Origin: the human T2T-CHM13v2.0 reference genome, Homo sapiens
DNA: 64,000 nucleotides
Strand: one strand, 5' to 3'
Assembly (NCBI RefSeq): GCF_009914755.1
Contig: NC_060925.1
Part shown: positions 54,201 to 64,000 of the stretch, piece after piece
How the letters are laid out: every line of letters begins with the position of its first letter
How positions within the stretch are numbered: position 1 is the stretch's first letter
The notes under the pieces: generated by a model
The model's database searches: none
Told to the model about the DNA's origin: nothing
What the model saw: only the letters and a program-made list of their open reading frames with translations
Translations under genes and position numbers: made by a program

Positions 54201-54639
54201 CCTGGTCTCTGAGAAAGGACCGATCCAAAGATGACAGGATTCAAAAGAGATTAATTTGTTATTTTAGACCTTTAGAAAGTGCAGTTGCACAAAATCGGAG
54301 GCCCTGGGTCATAACGAAGTTCAGATCAATTAAAACAATTTACTTTGCTGCTAATGATTTCAGACCATTGTAATTTATTGGTAAGTAAATGACTTCAAAA
54401 GCCCATTCCTTTGTGGTTGCACAGAGGGAATTTTAACAAGTTCTTGGATAAATTAAGTCTGGAATTTGTTAACAGACTGTTACTGTAAAACATTGAAACT
54501 AGGCCTTTGCACACTGCTCCAAGGCCTCAAAGTTTCCAGGAATAATTAAAACTTCTAATCAGTTCTTCATTGTTTAAGCAAATCAAATGGCAAGAAAGGG
54601 CTTGTGATAACAAGAGGGAAACCCTCCCATTTGGAGGGT

Positions 54640-55490
<851 letters not shown>

Positions 55491-56474
55491 GGTGATGATT
55501 CCAAGCATGAGACATAGGTAGGGTCCTATTGGAATGGGCCAGCACCCTCTGGGGGTCCTCTGATGACCAGGGCAGGGACTCTTAGGGACACAGGGCCGTG
55601 GGAAAGACCTGCTGTCCTGCAAGCCACCTACCAGTGCGGAATGAGTGGGGAGTGTCCAGGCGTTGCTGCATGAGTTGCCTCTGGGAGGCTTTGGGTCAGG
55701 TCGGAAGCTTGTCTGTGCCCTGAACATAGGACACACAGTGTCCTCATGGAGTCAACCAGCATCTCCTGCATCCTCTACCTTGGAAAATGAGGATTCTCCG
55801 AGAGCTCCTCCCCACCCTCACACACCTCAGCCTCTATAACAGTAACAACAGTAATAGCTATGGCCATGTGTTAAACATTAGGGCGGGATCAGGCATCATG
55901 ACCTCATGAAATGCAATATTGCATTAAACCTCAGCAGGGCCGAGAGGCAGAACTGCTGTTCCAAGGAGGAAACTGATGCTCAGAGGCTTATTAAGGAATG
56001 TGTCCAAGTCCCACAGCATCTAGATGGTGGGATTGGGCTTCAGGTGCCTACATCCCAAAAGCCATTATGCCATCCTGCCATCTGAGCCTGTTAAAGCTCC
56101 TTCATGCCACTCCACTCTGGGGCAGTGATTTCTCATCCAGGCCTGAAAGCAGCCAGAGATGGCTCGGTAAAGGTCCGGGTTTTGCCAGTCAAGACATTCC
56201 AGGGGGAGAAACAGCATATCTTGCACAGTGAATCACCTGGGACAGGTCCTAGGTCTCACTTATGCATTCCTCAAGATTTATTGGAGAGTGTGTGCCAGGC
56301 ATGATTCTGGGTCTTGGGCATTTGGAGTCCTGGAGTCTCTGCTCTCATAGAGTTGGTGACCCAGTGGGAAGAAGTAGATGATAAGCAAATAAACAAGAAA
56401 ATGCTATCTAGATGCGTATCTAGATACACATAAGGCCTGTGGGCTTTCCTGATCAAGGGTCGAGGAAGGACTCT

Positions 56475-57070
<596 letters not shown>

Positions 57071-57275
57071 AAGAGAAAGAGAGAGGGAGGGAGGGAGGGA
57101 CAGAGAGAGAGAGAGAGGAAAGAAGAAAGAAAGAAAGAGAGAAAGAAAGAAAGAAAGAAAGAAGGAAGGAAGGAAAGAAGGAAGGAGAAAGGAAAGAAAG
57201 AAAAGACAAGAAAGGAGGGAGGGGAAGGAAGGAAGGAAGGAAGGAAGGAAGGAAGGAAGGAAGGAAGAAAGAAAA
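57071..57275. repeat. Polypurine GA/GAAA/GGAA tract including (GGAA)11 at 57223-57266
   Basis: Almost pure A/G; lies between the Alu 3' end and its TSD. Confidence 0.95.
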
Positions 57276-58557
57276 GAAGGACTGTCAGAGGAGGTGGTAT
57301 TTGAGCTGCGGCACAGAAGCAGCCTTTTAAGGACCTAGGGGAAGAATGTTCCAGACAGGGGGACCAGCCGGGGTAAAGGCACCAAGGCTGGGAGGAAGGA
57401 AAAAGAAAGGAAACAGGGGCAGAGCTGGTGAGCAAAGGGACCCGCAAGCCCTGGGCACAGGGCAGAGTGTGTGGGTTTTATTCAAATCGCAGGGGATGCC
57501 TTGGGGCATTTCAAGCAGGGCAGTGACATGATCTGATTGATGTGTTTTAAAAGCTCCCTCTGGCTGCTTTGGGCAACATGGTTGTTTGCAAAGTCTGGGC
57601 TGGCGGCCTGCAGAGCTACTGGAAGGCCCTCTCAGGGTCCAGACAAGAGAGGGTGGTGACTGCACCAGGGCAGAGCAGGGTGGGGAGAGGAGGACAGAGG
57701 TCTGGGACCTATTTTGAGGCAAGGTTGACAAATATGCTGATGGTTTGGATGTGAAGTTAAGACGAAGAGAGGACTTCAGAGCAACACATGGATTCAGAGC
57801 TTGAAGAGCTGCATGGAAGGTTCTTGTCCTCAGAAAGGGAGGCCCAGCGGGGAACAGGCGGGATGAAGAGCTCCCCTCGGGTCATATTGCAGTCGAGGTG
57901 CTTGTCGGAGATCTGGGTAGACAGATCCAGCAGGCAGTGAGCACTATGGGTTCGGAATTGGTGAAGTTGGAATGTGATTCAGGAATGAAGGAGTCAAGGG
58001 TCAGGCGATGGGGGATCACCCAATAAAAGAGGAGAGGCCTAAGACTGAGCTGGGATACCCCAACATCTTAGGTCATGAGACAGGAAGCGGAGGGTGCTTG
58101 GATGGAGCTGATGATGGGGACTCCATAAACTAAGAAGAGGGGTCTTTCAGGATAGGGGTCCTGGGTGGATCTCTAAACAAAGGGGTGCGGTGCGCACTTC
58201 GAGGCAGCCCTGGATCATCATATTGATCCAAAAGAGCGCCTGTGTCTCAGATCAAATGTGATCAGCTTTCAGATTATCTGAAGCAAGTTGGCAAACTCAG
58301 AGCCAACAAAGTCTGCATTTGAGTAATTTTCATCGTATTTTTGGCAGCTGCAGAGACTCCGAGGCAAGGCAGAGAGCCCTTTAATGGAGCATTGAGAAGC
58401 AGTTTTTAAAAATACCTTTTAGAAAGCTATTTCAGTTCTCCCGTCTGTAGCAAAATTAATGTATAAACTTAGTGCCTTAATTTGGTTCTTCTTTAAACGA
58501 AGAAGGTGGGAAGCTGTTTCCTCCCGCGGCTCTGCTGAATCTGGAGGCTGATTCTGC

Positions 58558-58585
58558 TTCAGCACCACGGAGCCCGGACACCGCC
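58558..58585 (+). promoter_or_regulatory. Candidate REST/NRSF site (RE1), non-canonical spacing
   Basis: TTCAGCACC + 9-bp spacer + GGACACCGCC; the first 14 nt also match canonical TTCAGCACCACGGA. Confidence 0.5.
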
Positions 58586-58639
58586 GGGGATGCCCTGCAC
58601 AGGCCAGGCACAGCTCCAGACCCTGGAGGCTGAGAAGCC

Positions 58640-58830
58640 ACTGGATCTTCACAACAACCCTCTGAGGTGACACCAGTGAGATTGCCCCCATTTTAGAGAT
58701 GGGGAAACTGAGGCCCAGGCTGGTTAATAAGAAGCTACATGGAGTTAGCCTTGTTTCAGAGATGAGGAAATGCAAAAGGCTTGCCTGAGGTTACAGAGCT
58801 CAAGAGATCTGAGTGTTGAGGTCTGACTGT
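58640..58830 (-). mobile_element. MIR SINE
   Basis: TCACAACAACCCTCTGAGGT...CCCCATTTTAGAGATGGGGAAACTGAGGCCCAG. Confidence 0.75.
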
Positions 58831-60189
58831 TGTGTTTTCATGGCCCTGGCGGAACCCCCCACCCCACCTGGGCATCACAGTTACTTGTGGCCACTTTCCA
58901 CAACCACACCTCCCAATCTAGCCAAAAGGATGACATCCCAAGGAACGTGCAGCCTCCCAAGCTCCCAGGATGAGATTAGGGGCCTGACACTTGACCAGCC
59001 TCAGCCTCTGCCTCCTCTTGGCTTCCTGGGGACCCCGGCTTCAGCAACAGCAAGCTGGGCAATTTAGCTTCACTGTCCCCATCCGTCTTGCTCCCTCTGT
59101 CCTTGAAGATGGGTGGAAAGTCAGGGAGGGGCCGCTGCAATAAGTGACAAGGCTTGGCTGCCTGCAGATGAGGGTGGGAGGAAGCAGAGCCGAGTGGCTG
59201 GTGCAAGTGGGGCATCAGTGCCCAGGAGCCAGCTTCAGGGGAAGCAGGAGGCTCTCTGAGGTGACAAAGCTGGGGCCTGTCTGCCCCACCCACTGCAATC
59301 CAGCATGCTGGCTGGGTGACCCAGGCCTGGATAGAAATGGAGAGGGCAGCTCCATGCCAGGTGCAGCTGGATCTTGGGAACAAGGGATCAGCTCAGAAGA
59401 TATAGTTTGACTCAGGCTTCTTGGCCCCGAATCTGCCCAGCATTTCTCCCACCCCCATGCCTGCTCCTACTCTTCTGTGTGTCCTGTGCTGGCCGCAGGT
59501 GCCCACTTCCCTGTCCAAGGGGCCGTGAAGCACTCCCCATGGCCACTCACAGCCCTGTGCTGTGGCCTTCCCTCCACTCAGGGCCATGCACAAGGCCTGC
59601 TCCCACCCAGGCTGACAGGTGCCTGCTCCTCAGATGAACGATGGGTGCCAGGCTTCTCAGGGTCACTCGCTCCCTGGACTGGTTTGCTCTGACTTCCATT
59701 TTCCTCTGTGGTTGAATTGGCCATCACCCGCTGGGGACAGCCAAATCCGTCAAGCCCCACGGCACTTGCTTTTATTGGTTCTCCTAGCTTTATTGCCTTT
59801 CCTGGAGCAGTGAGGGGCAGTGAGCCACTGCACAATCACTCAACTTGACATGGCTTTGTAGATTTCATCCCCCCACCCCCACCCATGTCTCTATCTGCAG
59901 GAGAGAGTGACAAGATGACAGACATGCAGTAACTCCTAGCATGAGCAGAACTGATGCCCTTGAGACAGGCGGAGCCCCCTGGCAGCCCAGGAGACTGAGG
60001 ACTGGTCCAGGGTACCAGTGTCTCCACCTGTAATCCCCTTGTGGCCCCAGGCCTTGGACATTGTTGGCATCTTCATCCTTTCTATTGCCCCTTGCTGACG
60101 TCCACCAACCTGCTCTCCCCAGGCACCCAGCAAACACGAGCCCACTTACCCAGTGGACACGAGCCCACTGAGTAGGCAAGGGTCTTGGA

Positions 60190-60390
60190 CAAAGCTGGGT
60201 GCAAGTCTTGACCCTACCAGCTACTAGCTGCACATGACCTTGGGCAAGGTGCTTGACCTCTTTGAGTTTTCATTTCCCCTGCTTCCAAATGGGAGCAATG
60301 CCTCCTAGAACTGGTGCGAGGACAAGATGAGCTGACGCCTGTGATGTTCACTCAGTGTTTTGCACAGAGTGAAGCCTTGATAAGTAGCGG
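60190..60390 (+). mobile_element. MIR SINE
   Basis: ACTAGCTG...TGACCTTGGGCAAGGTGCTTGACCTCTTTGAG. Confidence 0.65.
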
Positions 60391-60550
60391 GAGCACTGCG
60401 AGTTTTTCTTCTTATTGACTGGCTGATTGATTGTTGACTCTGGCCCCGAGGCCTCCACAGGAAGGAAAAGAGAGCTTGGCCCTGAACTTCGCAACCCCTG
60501 AGTATTCCATAGGGTTGCTGCAGCAGAAGATGTGTTTCCTGGGTGGGAAC

Positions 60551-60841
60551 TGTATTAGTCAGGGTTCTCCATGTAACAGAACTAATAGGATGTGTATATA
60601 TATGGAGAGAGAGAGAGAGAGGAGCATGATTGTGGGGCTCCAAATTCTACAGAGTAGGTCAACGGGCTGGAGACCAGGAAAGAAATGATGTTGTAGGTCG
60701 AGTCTGAAAGCCATCTGCTGGTGGAATTGCTTCTTTCTTGGGGACCTCAGTCTTTTTTGCATAAGACCTTCAATGATTGATTGAGGCCCACTGACATTAT
60801 GGAGGGTCATCTGCTTACCCAAAGTCTAGTGATTTAAATAT
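60551..60841 (-). mobile_element. MLT2 (ERVL) LTR, interrupted by L1
   Basis: TGTATTAGTCAGGGTTCTCC...ACAGAACTAATAGGAT...GAGGCCCACTGACATTATGGAGGGTCATCTGCTTAC. Confidence 0.85.
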
Positions 60842-60963
60842 ATTTTTTAAATTTTTTTAAATTTTACTTTAAGTGTTGGGATACATGTGCAGAATGTGCA
60901 GGTTTGTTACACAGGTATACATATGCCGTGGTGGTTTGCTGCGACTATCAACCCGTCATCTAC
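60842..60963 (-). mobile_element. 3' terminus of an older L1PA, interrupted by a younger L1
   Basis: TTTTACTTTAAGTGTTGGGATACATGTGCAGAATGTGCAGGTTTGTTAC...ATCAACCCGTCATCTAC. Confidence 0.8.

Positions 60964-64000
<3,037 letters not shown>

Overview
Hominid (most likely human) non-coding genomic DNA: it carries AluJ/S/Y elements, primate L1PA elements and an SVA. I recognise no host protein-coding exon, tRNA, rRNA, CpG-island promoter or CRISPR array. The ORF track is essentially chance ORFs in GC-rich DNA, translations of tandem repeats, Alu translations and dead L1 ORF2 pieces. A large part of the window is transposon-derived: 11 Alus, about 7 L1 pieces, 11 LTRs, many hAT/Tigger MITEs, MIR/L2 relics, a full-length piggyBac MITE (MER75) and an SVA. 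There are three large tandem arrays: a 30-bp G-rich VNTR with a 358-bp higher-order repeat, a C-rich ~15-bp minisatellite, and a 1.8-kb CAT/CAC array grown from a MIR tail. All L1s, the SVA and 10 of 11 LTRs lie on the minus strand, which suggests an intron of a long + strand transcription unit. Unique AT-rich, TF-motif-dense islands, a consensus CTCF site and a split REST/RE1 site point to a developmental or neural enhancer landscape. Best leads: (i) a sense-oriented MER75 that keeps the PGBD4-like transposase N-terminus in an exon-trap-like layout, (ii) a 116-bp templated insertion copied from 1.8 kb away, (iii) an Alu inverted inside another Alu, (iv) a four-level LTR>L1>L1>SVA nest, (v) a candidate 45-nt cassette exon. 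I cannot support a genuinely new biological system from sequence alone. Repeat subfamily names come from my recall of consensus sequences, not from a database search, and boundaries of old repeats are approximate.
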